Source of the DNA: Mizuhopecten yessoensis
Taxonomy: Eukaryota
Direction of reading: 5' to 3'
Assembly (NCBI RefSeq): GCF_002113885.1
Contig: NW_018408864.1
Coordinates: 1,095,718-1,159,717 of the forward strand
Length of the DNA: 64,000 nt
The position numbers and the translations under genes are program-made. Shown here one piece after another: positions 50,701 to 62,532 of the stretch (position 1 is its first letter; each line of letters starts with the position of its first letter). The notes beneath the pieces were generated by a model that was not told where the DNA came from, searched no databases, and was given only the letters and a program-made list of their open reading frames with translations.

Positions 50701-53661
50701 ATGTCTCTGTATCGCAGACTGTATGTTATGTATGTGTCTGTCTTGCAGACTGCATATTTTGTATGTCGATGACTCACGGATTGTATCATCTGTAAGTCTG
50801 TTTCTCGCGAATCGTATCATCTGTGTGTCGGTGCCTCACAGATTGTATCATCTGCATGTCGGTGCCTCACAGATTGTATCAGTTGTATGTTGGTGTCACG
50901 CATATTGTATCATCTGTATGTTGGTGTCACGCAGATTGTATCATCTGTATGTTGGTGTCACGCAGATTGTATCAGCTGTATGTTGGTGTCACGCATATTG
51001 TATCATCTGTATGTTGGTGTTATGCAGATTGTATCATCTGTATGTCGGTGCCTCACAGATTGTATCATCTGTGTGTCGGTGCCTCACAGATTGTATCATC
51101 TGTATGTCGGTGCCTCACAGATTGTATCAGCTGTATGTTGGTGTCACGCATATTGTATCATCTGTATGTTGGTGTCAGGCAGATTGTATCATCTGTGTGT
51201 CTGTGTCTCGCAGATTGTATCATCTGTGTGTCGGTGCCTCGCAGATTGTATCATCTGTATATTGGTGTCACGCAGATTGTATCAGCTGTATGTTGGTGTC
51301 ACGCATATTTTACGGTCTGTATATTGGTGTCACGCAGATTGTATCATCTGTGTGTCTGTGTCTCGCAGATTGTATCATCTGTATGTCTGTGTCTCACAAA
51401 TGGTATGTTTTGTGTGTCTGTGTCTCGCAGATTGTATCATCTGTGTGTCTGTGTCTCGCAGATTGTATCATCTGTATGTTGGTGTCACGCAGATTGTCTC
51501 AGCTGTATGTTGGTGTCACGCATATTGTATCATCTGTATGTCGGTGTCAATGTGTTATTGTTTCACGATTACATAACCAGAGTTTCTTAAATACTAGAAA
51601 GTAATCAATTATGGACTAGTTGAAGTTTGATGGACAAGCTGAAATTTGTTTTTAATTTCCTAAAAAATATATTTTTCTGTCTCCTTTAATTAATGTCCGT
51701 TCACCCTCCTTTTACTTGCTTTCTGTCCTTAGGTTTTGTCCCGTGTAATAACGCGTCACTGCCCGGATATTGTTACGAAGGATGGCACTGCTGTGATAAC
51801 GGCTGGTGCTGCTCAGACGATTTCATGTGCGGAGACAACAGGTGTATCTACCTCAAGTAGGTATCTTCAAATACAGTGTCTCTCCAAGTTACAGAATATC
51901 TCCATAATCCCAAACATTACGTTAACATTATAACTACCTCAAATCTACAAACTGAGCGTCACTCCCAGTAACAGAATATCTCCATAATTCCAAATATTGT
52001 TGTTATCATTATAACTAACTCACGTAGGTATCTACAAAAAGAGTGTCTCTCCTAGTAACAGAATATCTCCATAATTCCAAATATTGTTGTTATCATTATA
52101 ACTAACTCACGTACGTATCTACAAACAGTGTGTCTCTCCAAGTAACAGAATATCTCCATAATTCCATACATTACTGTTATCATTCTAACCAACTCAAGTA
52201 GGTATCTATAAAAAAAGTGTCTCTCCAAGTAACAGAATATCTCCATAATTCCATACATTACTGTTATCATTCTAACCAACTCGAGTAGGTATCTACAAAC
52301 AGAGTGTCACTCAAAGTAACAGAATATCCCCATAATTCCATACATTACTGTTATCATTATATTATGGTTAACGTCCCCAAACGCAGATTAGTTCGCTTGC
52401 AGTTTGCTTTGATTACATAGCGTCAGTTTCAATCTGCGAAATGTGCTTGACCGCTTTTGAAGGTTACAAATATTAAACTTGGTTTTAATAACTTTCATGT
52501 TAAATGTGGCAGATGTAGGATCAGTTTGCCAGCAACAATAGATAACATGTAAGCAATGCAGGTCATTTGAGCATCTTTTGTGTGTATGTGTGTGGTAACG
52601 TCATGTCCTATTTGACCTTGTGTGCTGATGTGGTGCATTTCGTGCATGTGTGTTGACGTTGTTGTATATCTGTCTTGGTGTATTGATGCAGTGGTTTATT
52701 TGTATTTGTGTGTTGACCTTGTGGTACATTTTTGTAATAATGTATATCTTTCAAATGTATTCCATAGGGGTCTGTATGTACCTGTTGGTATTGTTGTGGT
52801 GTCCCTCTGTGGCGGACTATTCATCTGCCTGCATCAGATGCGTAAGTATCCATACACATGTCTGGGTGACCTATCAACAAACGTCCCGGATCCTTTTGTT
52901 TTGTAGTAAATGCAGCTCCTTGAAACATTATTTTGTACCTATCCTTGGTTGATACTCGTTGCTTCTTGTTATCTCATGTTGAAACTTGTTATTTCTTAGT
53001 TTGACATGAAAGTCGACGTTTTTAATTATTCTCATCAGTCGTTATTTGTTGTATCCACCTCATTTCTATCACGAGGACGACTAACACTTGAATCTGACGT
53101 AGTGTTAGGGGTGAGACTGACTGACGTAGTGTTAGGGGTGAGACTGACTGACGTAGTGTTAAGGGTGCGACTGACTGGCGTAGTGTTAGTGGTGAGACTG
53201 ACTGACGTAGTGTTAGCGGTGAGACTGACTGACGTAGTGTTAGGGGTGCGACTGACTGGCGTAGTGTTAGGGGTGAGACTGACTGACGTAGTGTTAAGGG
53301 TGAGACTGACTGGCGTAGTGTTAGCGGTGAGACTGACTGACGTAGTGTTAGCGGTGGGACTGAATACCCTTACTATCCTTTAAACAAAGTCATATTTTCC
53401 TTTGCTCATATTTATCCTTCTTGTTTTTATCGATTTCGAATTCGAATTACGGTTTTGTTAGCATTTCAATATCATCTTGTTATACTATATCACATATATA
53501 AGCTTGGTAATCCTCGATACCAATCGCAAACGGCAGTAATTATTAATAACGTAAATCATTTCATCGTGTTTTTCTGATGTTGTGTTTTAGGTAAAAAGAA
53601 AAAGTTCGGGCTGACTGAGAGATTACATAACGAATCAAAACAAAAAAATGCAGGACCCTGA
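47700..53661 (+). CDS. 107-aa Cys-rich type I membrane protein (Shisa/CYYR1/WBP1-like architecture), 4 coding exons
   Basis: Exons 47700-47754, 51733-51856, 52768-52841, 53591-53661 (324 nt; phases 1, 2, 1): MTLSWAICLCLSCLPHVLC|FVPCNNASLPGYCYEGWHCCDNGWCCSDDFMCGDNRCIYLK|GLYVPVGIVVVSLCGGLFICLHQMR|KKKKFGLTERLHNESKQKNAGP*. This gives a signal peptide, an 8-Cys ectodomain, a TM helix and a basic stop-transfer segment. Confidence 0.78.
47878..51548. repeat. 31-bp minisatellite GATTGTAGCACCTGTATGTCGATGTCTCACT, shifting to a GATTGTATCATCTGTATG... variant, interrupted by a SINE
   Basis: Visible; produces the Cys/Val-rich spurious ORFs at 49660-51604. Confidence 0.96.
49996..50347 (-). mobile_element. 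Full-length tRNA-derived SINE with CORE-like middle and LINE2-type tail
   Basis: Minus strand: GGCACGGTAGTCCAGTGGTAGG (A box)...GGGTTCGGGTC (B box)...TTGAGCAAGATACTTTAC...CTGTAAATGAGTAC...ACCGCTTT/AAAGCGGT stem plus (ATT)n tail. Confidence 0.85.
51733..51856 (+). CDS. Cys-rich ectodomain exon
   Basis: Long pyrimidine tract plus ccttag|; C..C..CC..CC..C..C pattern; AA|GTAGGT donor. Confidence 0.82.
51850..52360. repeat. 87-bp tandem array (~6 copies) starting at an exon donor
   Basis: GTAGGTATCT or GTACGTATCT recurs at 51857, 52024, 52111, 52198 and 52285. Confidence 0.9.
52768..52841 (+). CDS. Transmembrane exon
   Basis: tccatag| acceptor; GLYVPVGIVVVSLCGGLFICL; C|GTAAGT donor. Confidence 0.78.
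53095..53362. repeat. 27-bp tandem array (~10 copies) GACGTAGTGTTAGGGGTGAGACTGACT
   Basis: Visible; produces the DVVLGVRLT repeat ORF. Confidence 0.95.
53591..53661 (+). CDS. Cytoplasmic-tail terminal exon
   Basis: gttttag| acceptor in phase 1 gives RKKKK immediately after the TM helix; TGA at 53659-53661. Confidence 0.65.
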
Positions 53662-56600
53662 AGATATTAACAATGATCGGTGCTCCAAGAAACACGCTAA
53701 TGATTGAATCATTGTGTTCTTCTGAATGGTCGAGTGACTTAATCATTTAAATAATTTCATATCATCATGTTTTTAATGGTAACCAAAGTGTAATTTAGAA
53801 CCGTTGCCTTCAGCTGTGAAATTTATCGTTGCATGACAAGACGTAATATACCACGTTACTGTCAATGTTACCACAATACACAATGTTACAGTGTGACCTA
53901 TCTGATCGCAATTTTGTTTTCGTCGCTTTTTTACCAAGTGGTAGTTTCCAATCAGCGTTGTGTCGCGCAGCTGAGGTGACAGGGCATATATCTCTGTGAG
54001 AGAAAACAAACACACCACATGGACTACAGAGGTTTCCCTGTGTGATTATAAAGACAAGTGTATAATTAACACCTGCCTATTAAATTATGTTGCTCCCTAC
54101 CCCGGACGTTATGCAGACATATCCATAATTATTACATGCCTATTAATATTGGTTTTTACGTATCAACGTTTATAATAAAGTGACGGTGTTATGTTGACAT
54201 TCGTTAAATGTATAGTTTACATTCGTAAGCTGGTTGTCGTTAGGTAGGGTTTGGACTTGTTTGCTGATAAGTCGAAATACTGGTATATATATCGTAATCA
54301 TATGCTTTTAAATCGAACGATTGTAAGGTTTGGACTTGTGTGTTGATCAGTCCTGATTCTGACCCTTGTGTTAATAATTCCCTTTGTATGTTTTTGACTC
54401 GTATGACCAGATGAGTTGTTGAGTTGTTGTATACTTTTGAATCGTACGTTGATCAGAGTGAGGCAGCAACTAGCGTTGTTTTATATGTAATATTTATGTG
54501 AATGTTTCAGCCCGTGATTTTGAATTTTATTACCTGTAAATATTACTATATATTTGTACGAAGGTTGGATTTTAAAGATGGACTGTATTGTATACGCATA
54601 CCATTACCTTGTTTATACAATGAGCATATCGCTATGGCAAGTCAAACATAATCTTTTTAATAAATAATTACTAAACAAACAAAAGCTTGTCGATAGACTG
54701 TTACTTATTATTACCGAATAAGTGGAGCGAACAGAAAACCCTCGTTTCATCAACGAAACGTATATGTCGCAGTTTAACCTGTAATAAAGACCAGGATACG
54801 TTAATATTATGGCTTTGTTTTAATTTATAATTTTGGAATCATATTCCCTTTCCCATCATACCTGTAGAGCTTTTCATATCCTTTAAGCGTGTGAGATGGC
54901 CGTTCAGCATCATACAACACACAGATTAATTATGACGTCACAATGACCGGTTTGGTTTCGTGGAACAAATGTGTCTAACATAATAAGCTTTCTGTTAAAG
55001 TTGTTTATTTTAAAAGTGCATATACCTGGACCATTACCGAACACCTTCCTCGACTTTTCGAAGGCCGGCAAAATCCGAAAGCATAACAAAGACACACGAA
55101 GACGCGTGCTCATGTCACAGACAACCATCTCTAACCAAGGGGAAACATCAACATTTCATTCTAACAACATCGATTTCGTCGCCTTGTAAAAACGCAGGCC
55201 CGCTTCCGAATCTTCCGCATAGAAAGAAACACTGGTGATGAAATAATAGAACACTCTACGTGTTATTTCATATCAGCGTGCAAACATCGACCAAACATGT
55301 TCGTTGTCTTTTCAGTTCGCCATTTCCTAGGGCTTTTATTGTAAACTGGTGCACGTGTTACACGAGAAGTCAAGTTCGATAGCTGGATATCTATCGTGGA
55401 AATAAATACGGAACAAAATCACACGTGTGGTCAAATAATTTATTTTTACTCGGATTTCCTTTCCTTAGCAAGGCCTTAATTATTTTTTGAGCAATTAACA
55501 TTCATTGTGGTCGTCTCATTTGGCTCTAATGGGGGGCTGTCAGTCCCCGAGGTTGGCGGAACCCGGTAGCTGGAATTCGTTGTGCCACGGTTTACATGAA
55601 GTACTAGCTAAATAATAAAGTATCTATTGCTGTTAAGAGTTGCAGATTTGTAACTTCATGAATTTTATAGGCACTTTTCCTCTTTCATTGTTTTCTACAT
55701 ATATTTCGGAACATTACGACATGGATTGTTAATCGTTTAACCTTAGTTCCACTGATGAGTCTAGAACGGACAATATGCATATGTCTACAAAGTATGAAAT
55801 AACTAATTCTGAAAGTGAAACCAGTGAATAAGCCCTTTTTGTAATATGAAAGTGTATAAGAAATTGACTTGGTTCAGAATGAAGAGCTAAAGTTAGATTA
55901 AACATATTTTCTTTTAGACCATCAACAAAACGGGATGATGGGACAATTTCATTTGCATATATTAACCCTTATTATTTGTATAGTTAACAATGATTGGAGA
56001 TATTTGGCGATCGTATCATTAAGTGTTGCTGTTCATTCCGTTACCGTGGTGATAAAACTTGACAATGTGGAGCTTTAGAGTATATGTATACCAATACCCG
56101 ACAATGGAGGAAATAGGAAAGTGCATTGTGTCGTGATATCCCGTATACACCATTTGTAAGCTTAACAAAAGACACAGAAACAACCGTCATCAAACTAGCC
56201 GTAAAAAGGTACCCAGTACTATCAATGAAACAGGCTACCACACCAAACATCTCCCATTCAATAAGATAACACATGGCAAACTATTACATGTTAACTTACA
56301 GGTAAACGTCTCAAACGGAACATTCCGATTTGTCGTTCATATACAGGTTAAAGTTCGCAAGTCTAACAAAGTTTAATTAGGAACAACATCTATAACCAAT
56401 ATCAAATATTTAATGTGTAGATAATCAAATCAAATTGTATCTTTATGCAAATTTAAGTTTTACTTTTGGCTTGACTTGACCAAACTGGTTAATTTTTCCG
56501 ATCATCTTAATATTGACAAACACTTTGTAAACAGCACGCTTCGTAACAGAATCAACTTGGACTATCTGACTTGTTTACTAACACCTTGTCAACTCTCTGT

Positions 56601-57732
56601 AAGGTCAACAAACCAACTTGGTGGATTAGCAACATCGTGTAAGATCGAGATACTTTCCATTGTTTGACAGGAAATAACACAACGGCACATTTGCATACTT
56701 GAAGTAATTCTGTTAATGACATGCATGCTAAAGATAATGTAATAAAAGGTGGCATAAGTATGTGTGGATGTATAATAACCCCCAAATGAAAGGTGAACAC
56801 ACACATGCATATGACTATGAAAATATGAAAATAATACACCTAACGAAGCCAACCTTATGTACAAGGAACAATTGTTCGTAAAACTTGTCTTACGTCTCTT
56901 CCAAATATGATCAAGTATCATTATCTCATACATATTACTTAAACTTGTATATAAAATAGAGACTTTGCCACACACTTCTCTATTTACCACCGTTATATCT
57001 TTGGACTTAATTTGTTTAAAATGTAAGATATGATTAAGTATCATTATTTCGCCGTACCTACCGTACTCTGTAACTTTAAATTCACAATTCTGTTCCCGCT
57101 GCAGTATTACTATATTAAGTTAACTATGCTCCCTATCAAATATAGCTTTAATTGTATATATCAACATGTCACCCTTCTTCAGCTTAGTAAACTCTGACTG
57201 CGTATAAATTAACGTATACGCAGTGAAAAAAAGGCTCGGCGGATATATACTTATTTCAAATATGGCGCCGTTTACGCTTTAGCGAGATAACAGTCCAATG
57301 ACATCCAATGCTTGGATCATTCACCATCTAGATACATAGAACAGTTATGGATCCATTATGTATAATAATACAATAAAAGGATGCTGACAAACTTCTTTTC
57401 CCATGAATGTACATTAAAATTTCTTACGTAAACAATGGCGGCTTCGTTCTGAAACATTTGACCGCGTCCCTTCATGAGCAGTGTGTCAATGCTTGTACAT
57501 GACGACCGTTGTAAATGAAGAGAAATATTCGAAGGGCTTCACATTAATTTAAAATTTAAAAGCTAAGAAAGGAAAAAAATAATGTCGTTCTCTGTGTTTT
57601 TTTCTAAATTTACTCATACATCGATGTAGATTCACTGGAACTATATTATCCTAGCAACCACGGCTACTGTAGTTATAGCTTCAGCTGTTTGTTTTAAGTA
57701 TAGAAACATTTAAAAAAAATTGAATGTAAATA

Positions 57733-57890
57733 TAAAGATTGACCTTCATTTTAACGGCCTATACGGTAGTATGAACGCAATTGGCAACGAACATATTCTT
57801 TATGAAGCACTTACGCGCACCATAGAATAAGTTTGTTGCCAACTGCGTTCATACTACCGTATACGCCGTCAAAATTAAGGTCAACTCTTA
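57733..57890. mobile_element. Palindromic MITE-like foldback (~67-bp arms)
   Basis: TTGACCTTCATTTTAACGGCCTATACGGTAGTATGAACGCAATTGGCAAC pairs with GTTGCCAACTGCGTTCATACTACCGTATACGCCGTCAAAATTAAGGTCAA; TA at both ends. Confidence 0.8.
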
Positions 57891-58169
57891 AAAATATGTA
57901 CTGTACAAACGTGGTCACTGAAGTGTATGATTCAATATATAAAATGCATCGGTAACTGCAATCCATACTGTGTGTATTAATCTTTCAGGTTTTTGTCCAT
58001 GATGATGTTTTTATATATGTACGGTATAGCATTTTGTTTCCTAAGTTATTAGCATTTTATGAGATTCCTAAGGTTAATGAAATTCAAGCCATACAAGAAT
58101 GCCTTTCTCACATTTTACTAGCATATAATGATAAATCGTATACGGAAAACAAAATCACGGCAAAAAATG

Positions 58170-58960
58170 AAAACAATGAGAAAATATCACTGTATATAAT
58201 GATAAGGTCGTAACATGTTATGAGAAAATATCACTGTATATAATGACAAAGTCGTATCATGTCATGAGAAAATATCACTGTATATAATGATAAATTCGTA
58301 TAATGTCATGAGAAAATATCACTGTATATAATGATAAAGTCGTATCATGTCACGAGAAAATATCACTGTATATAATGATAAAGTCGTATCATGTTATGAG
58401 AAAATATCACTGTATATAATGATAAAGTCGTATCATGTCATGAGAAAATATCACTGTATATAATGACAAAGTCGTATCATGTCATGAGAAAATATCACGG
58501 GCATAACATGACAAAATCGTATAATTTAATGAGAAAATATCACTGTATATAATAACACTATCATATAATTTAATGAAAAAAATCATGGTACATAATGACC
58601 AAGTCATATCAATTGTTCGGAAATATATCGATATGTAATGACAAAATCGTTACATTTAATGAGAAGATATCACGGAATATAATGATAAAATCATATTATG
58701 TAATTGTAAAGTATCACGGCATAAAATGACAAAATCGTATCATTTAATGAGAAAATGTCACGGTATATATTGACAAAATCGTAAAAAAATGGGAAAATAT
58801 CACGGTACATAATGACAAAATCGTATCAATTGATCGGAAAATATATCGATATATATTGACCAAATCATATAAAAAAAATGGGGAAAATGTCACGATATAT
58901 AATGAAAAATTAATATCATTTAATTGAAAATTATCATAGCATATAATGACAAAATATGAT
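58170..58960. repeat. 44-bp tandem array ATGAGAAAATATCACTGTATATAATGATAAAGTCGTATCATGTC, degenerating rightwards
   Basis: Visible. Confidence 0.9.
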
Positions 58961-60139
58961 AATATGATGTTTTTTTATATAGTACTATCACATCACTTTA
59001 TCTTTAATGTTTATCGTATAAGAACAGAATCCTTTCATTTACGTATACTTTAAAAGTTTTTTAAATTTTATTCCGCAGCGCCTAATTTACGTGCTAAAGC
59101 GGGAAATTTCGCAAGATTTTTTAAAGTCTTTCCGCAAATTTCAGGTCTAATGTCATGCACATATTGCTACGGTAGGAATCTGGTGAATTTTTGCTTATCA
59201 TGCATTATACCCCTATTATCGTAAATATCATGACAATTCGAACATCACGAAACAGTATTCTTTGATCATGAAAGCATACCATATCACTATGAAGACACAT
59301 CATTATAATGTTTCAATAAAGACAATTTGGACAAACAATTATCTTTACATTTAATTTAACAATACTTCGAGCCACTAAGCTACACGCGTCTCTATTTACC
59401 GCCGGTGTATTGTTGGACGTAGTTTGATAAAAAGATAAGATAAGATGTAAGATAAAAGACAAACATAATTTACATGAAACACGAACAAGGCTTAATGAAA
59501 AGCTATCGATGCGTAAAATGTTATTGATTTCACGAAGGTTATAGTCTAAACAAATTTCTTCCCTGAGTTACATTTTGTTTGTGTTTAGTATTCGTTTATT
59601 ATAAAAACTCACCAAGTGACTTCATTTGCTATCCGTAAATATCGTCATTAAGAAACTATAACAGAAATACGAGGAGGTTTATTGTGTAGTCTTTTCTGTT
59701 AAAGTTAAAGTTCTGTTAATCACATCCTTACAGTAGGACCCTGGATGTTTAATTGGGCAAATGTAACAAACGTCTGTGTACACGTAGAAAGTGGACCTAT
59801 TTTGTCGAGTGTTGGGTTAGTTCAAAACTGAATGAAGGTAAGTAAGTAGCAACGTGATCAAATGTTAACATTTTTTTCACGGTTCATTTTAAGATTATGC
59901 AGTTCGGAATATGTTGCATGAATTAGTTTTTGTATTTTTTAAAAACAATGAAAATATTAATGTATTATAAATTTTGCCTTATGTGAACATAGAACTGGGA
60001 AATATAGGAACAAATCTAATAAAACAAGGGTGACAGCAAAATAGAACAGAGTGATATATCTAAAGTAGAACTTGAGTGATATAGCCAAAAAATATGACAA
60101 TGGTTAAATAGCAAAATTAAATCCCAGGATTAAATCAAA

Positions 60140-60925
60140 ATGCTTCAAGTAAAATATGGTTGATATCCATCTCTTAGTTCCAGAGGAGAAGTCGCTTAAA
60201 GCAATATAGCCAAATCGATCCTTTTTGGCCCGCCTCTCAGCCCCCTCAGTCCCACCATTTGTACAATTTTGAATCCCCATTATCTAGGGTTGCTTCCAGT
60301 CAAATATGGTTGATGTCTATCTTTTAGTTGTAGAGAAGAAGGCGCTTAGAGCAATATAGCAAAATAACCCATTTTTGGCCCCGCCCCTCAGCCGACATGG
60401 GGGTGAGCCCCACCATTTGTGCAATTTTGAATCCCCATTACCTAGGGATGCTTCCAGTCAAATAAGGTTGATGTCCATCTTTTAGTTGTAGAGAAGAAGG
60501 CGCTTAGAGCAATATAGTCAAATTGATCCCTTTTGGCCCCGCCTCTCAGTCCACTTGAGGGTCAGCCACACCATTTGTACAATTTTCAATCCCCACTACC
60601 TAGGGATGCTTCCAGTCAAATATGGTTGATGTCCATCTTTTAGTTGTAGGGAAGAATGCGCTTAGAGTAATATAGCAAAATAACCCTTTTTGGCCCCGCC
60701 CCTAAGCAGACTTGAGGGTCAGCCCCACCATTTGTACAATTTTCAATCCCCACTACCTAGGGATGCTTCCAGTAAAATATGGTTGATATTCATTGCACAG
60801 TTCTACAGAAGAAGTTGTTTATAGCAATATAGCCAAATTGTCCCCTTTTGGCCCCGCCCCTCAGCCCCATGGGGTCGAGCCTCACTATTTGTACAATTTT
60901 TAATTTCCACTACCTAGGGATGCAG
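60140..60925. repeat. ~150-158-bp satellite-like units (5 copies), probably the core of a non-autonomous Helitron/Helentron-type element
   Basis: AAATATGGTTGAT...TTTTGGCCCCGCC...CTAGGGATGCTTCCAG recurs at about 60151, 60301, 60459, 60617 and 60774. The element affiliation is inference. Confidence 0.85.
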
Positions 60926-60936
60926 TACAATTATTG

Positions 60937-61246
60937 CTAGGGTAATGTAGTAAAAGTGTAACTAGGTAACGTAGTGAAATTATAACTAGAGCAATGTAGT
61001 GAAATTATAGCTAGGGTGATGTTGTGAAATTATAGCTAGAGTGATGTAGTAAATGAATAACTAGGGCGATGTTGTGAAATTATAGCCAGGGTAATGAAAT
61101 AAAAGTATAACTAGGGCGATGTAGTGAAATTACAGCTAGGGTGATATCGTAAAGGTATAACTAGTGCGATGTAGTGAAATTATAGCTAGGGTGATATCGT
61201 TAAAGTATAACTAGGGTGATATCGTGAAATTATATCAAGGGTAATT
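60937..61246. repeat. 25-bp tandem array CTAGGGTGATGTAGTGAAATTATAG (~12 copies)
   Basis: Visible. Confidence 0.9.
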
Positions 61247-61284
61247 ATGAGAAGTTCTTTTTCCACAACCAATACAATTTTCTA

Positions 61285-61336
61285 TGTGACGTTTCGATGA
61301 CTAGTACGATATGTACACTGTCACCTTCATCAGACA
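61285..61336 (-). ncRNA. Second minimal hammerhead-like motif on the opposite strand
   Basis: TGT-CTGATGA-A-GGTGAC-(18 nt)-GTCATC-GAAA-CG-TC-ACA; the stem II change keeps pairing as G-U. Confidence 0.55.
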
Positions 61337-61425
61337 AATGACCAATGAAGCGTATGCACACAAAGGTGTTACATGTGTTCGAGTTGTCCATAAAATCTTT
61401 GTGTGCATACGCTTCATTGGTCATT

Positions 61426-61477
61426 TGTCTGATGAAGATGACAGTGTGCATATTGTACTAGTCATCGAAACGTCACA
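61426..61477 (+). ncRNA. Minimal type I hammerhead ribozyme-like motif (Penelope type)
   Basis: TGT-CTGATGA-A-GATGAC-(18 nt)-GTCATC-GAAA-CG-TC-ACA. Confidence 0.55.
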
Positions 61478-62001
61478 TAGAAAATTTTATTGTATATCAG
61501 CCGTTCATACACGAGTCTATACCGCAATTATTTTAGATGACGATCTTGACAATATCTTATGCCCCATATCACAACGTCAACAAAATACGTTCTGTTTTAA
61601 ATTGTGACTTTTGTTGAGGAAAAAATCACCGAAACGCGAAAACGACTGAGACGAAGTCGCGTTCAGCTTTTTTAAGATCTTAATTGTTAAAAAAATATAA
61701 TAGTAATATGAAATTATGATGTTTGTATTATTAACCATGAAGGAACGTAGGACATTGTCAGGAGTAAGATAAGGCCGAACAACTATGACGTCACAGTTAA
61801 AGTTAAGTCATAATAGAATATGTATCTGTTCCTTTAAATGGGTGTATTCACGAGTCATCATCACAAATAACGGACCTCCATATGATCATTATCCAACTAA
61901 TTTAAATAAAATCAGCAAATGTAATCAAATTTCATAACACATGTTTTCTTGTTGTTTATTTATGTGATATATAAATCTAAATGCATCTTGTATCCTCAGT
62001 C

Positions 62002-62496
62002 ATGGCATCTAAATCCTTCATCCATTACCTTAGACGATACCGCTCCAGAAACGCGAGAATGTGGATTTTAATAGCGACGGCTGTAGGATCTTTTTTTCTT
62101 TTATTTCAACATCGTTACTCCGGAATCGTCCTAGTCGAACTAAGACCAACATCCTTCAATCGGACGTGGTGGGACGCGAAGTCCTATCCGGTACGTACGA
62201 CGGCATTGGTCCTATCCGGTACGTACGACGGCATTGGTCCTATCCGGTACGTAGGACGGCATTGGTCGGCTGTACACACTGAAACTCAACGATTTTAACA
62301 TTTTTATTGAAAACATTTTGTGGGGTATCAGATGACATCCATGTCAAATCCTCATTACCGGTACTCTTGCGTGTCAAACTTATATTAACCCCAGGAATCG
62401 TCACGAATATTAAAAATAGTTCTTACATGTACCTCGTTATATTATTTCCATTTTTGATATAATGTATCCATTACCAATTTTTTTGAGATGCAGTTG

Positions 62497-62532
<36 letters not shown>

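Larger units (their letters stand above)
61276..61486. repeat. Inverted repeat with 90-bp arms and 31-bp spacer; each arm carries a hammerhead-like motif
   Basis: 61276-61365 versus 61397-61486, reverse complement with about 3 mismatches. Confidence 0.93.

Noticed and set aside
49660-51604. Cys-rich ORFs of 229-293 aa (metallothionein- or keratin-like appearance)
   Set aside because: Open in all three frames of the 31-bp minisatellite, and intronic.
53006-53383. DVVLGVRLT-repeat ORF
   Set aside because: Product of the 27-bp tandem array in an intron.
59832-59843. ATGAAG|GTAAGT as a first coding exon of the METTL24-like gene
   Set aside because: Splicing to the 61999 acceptor is out of frame with the CDS; at most a UTR exon, which cannot be verified here.
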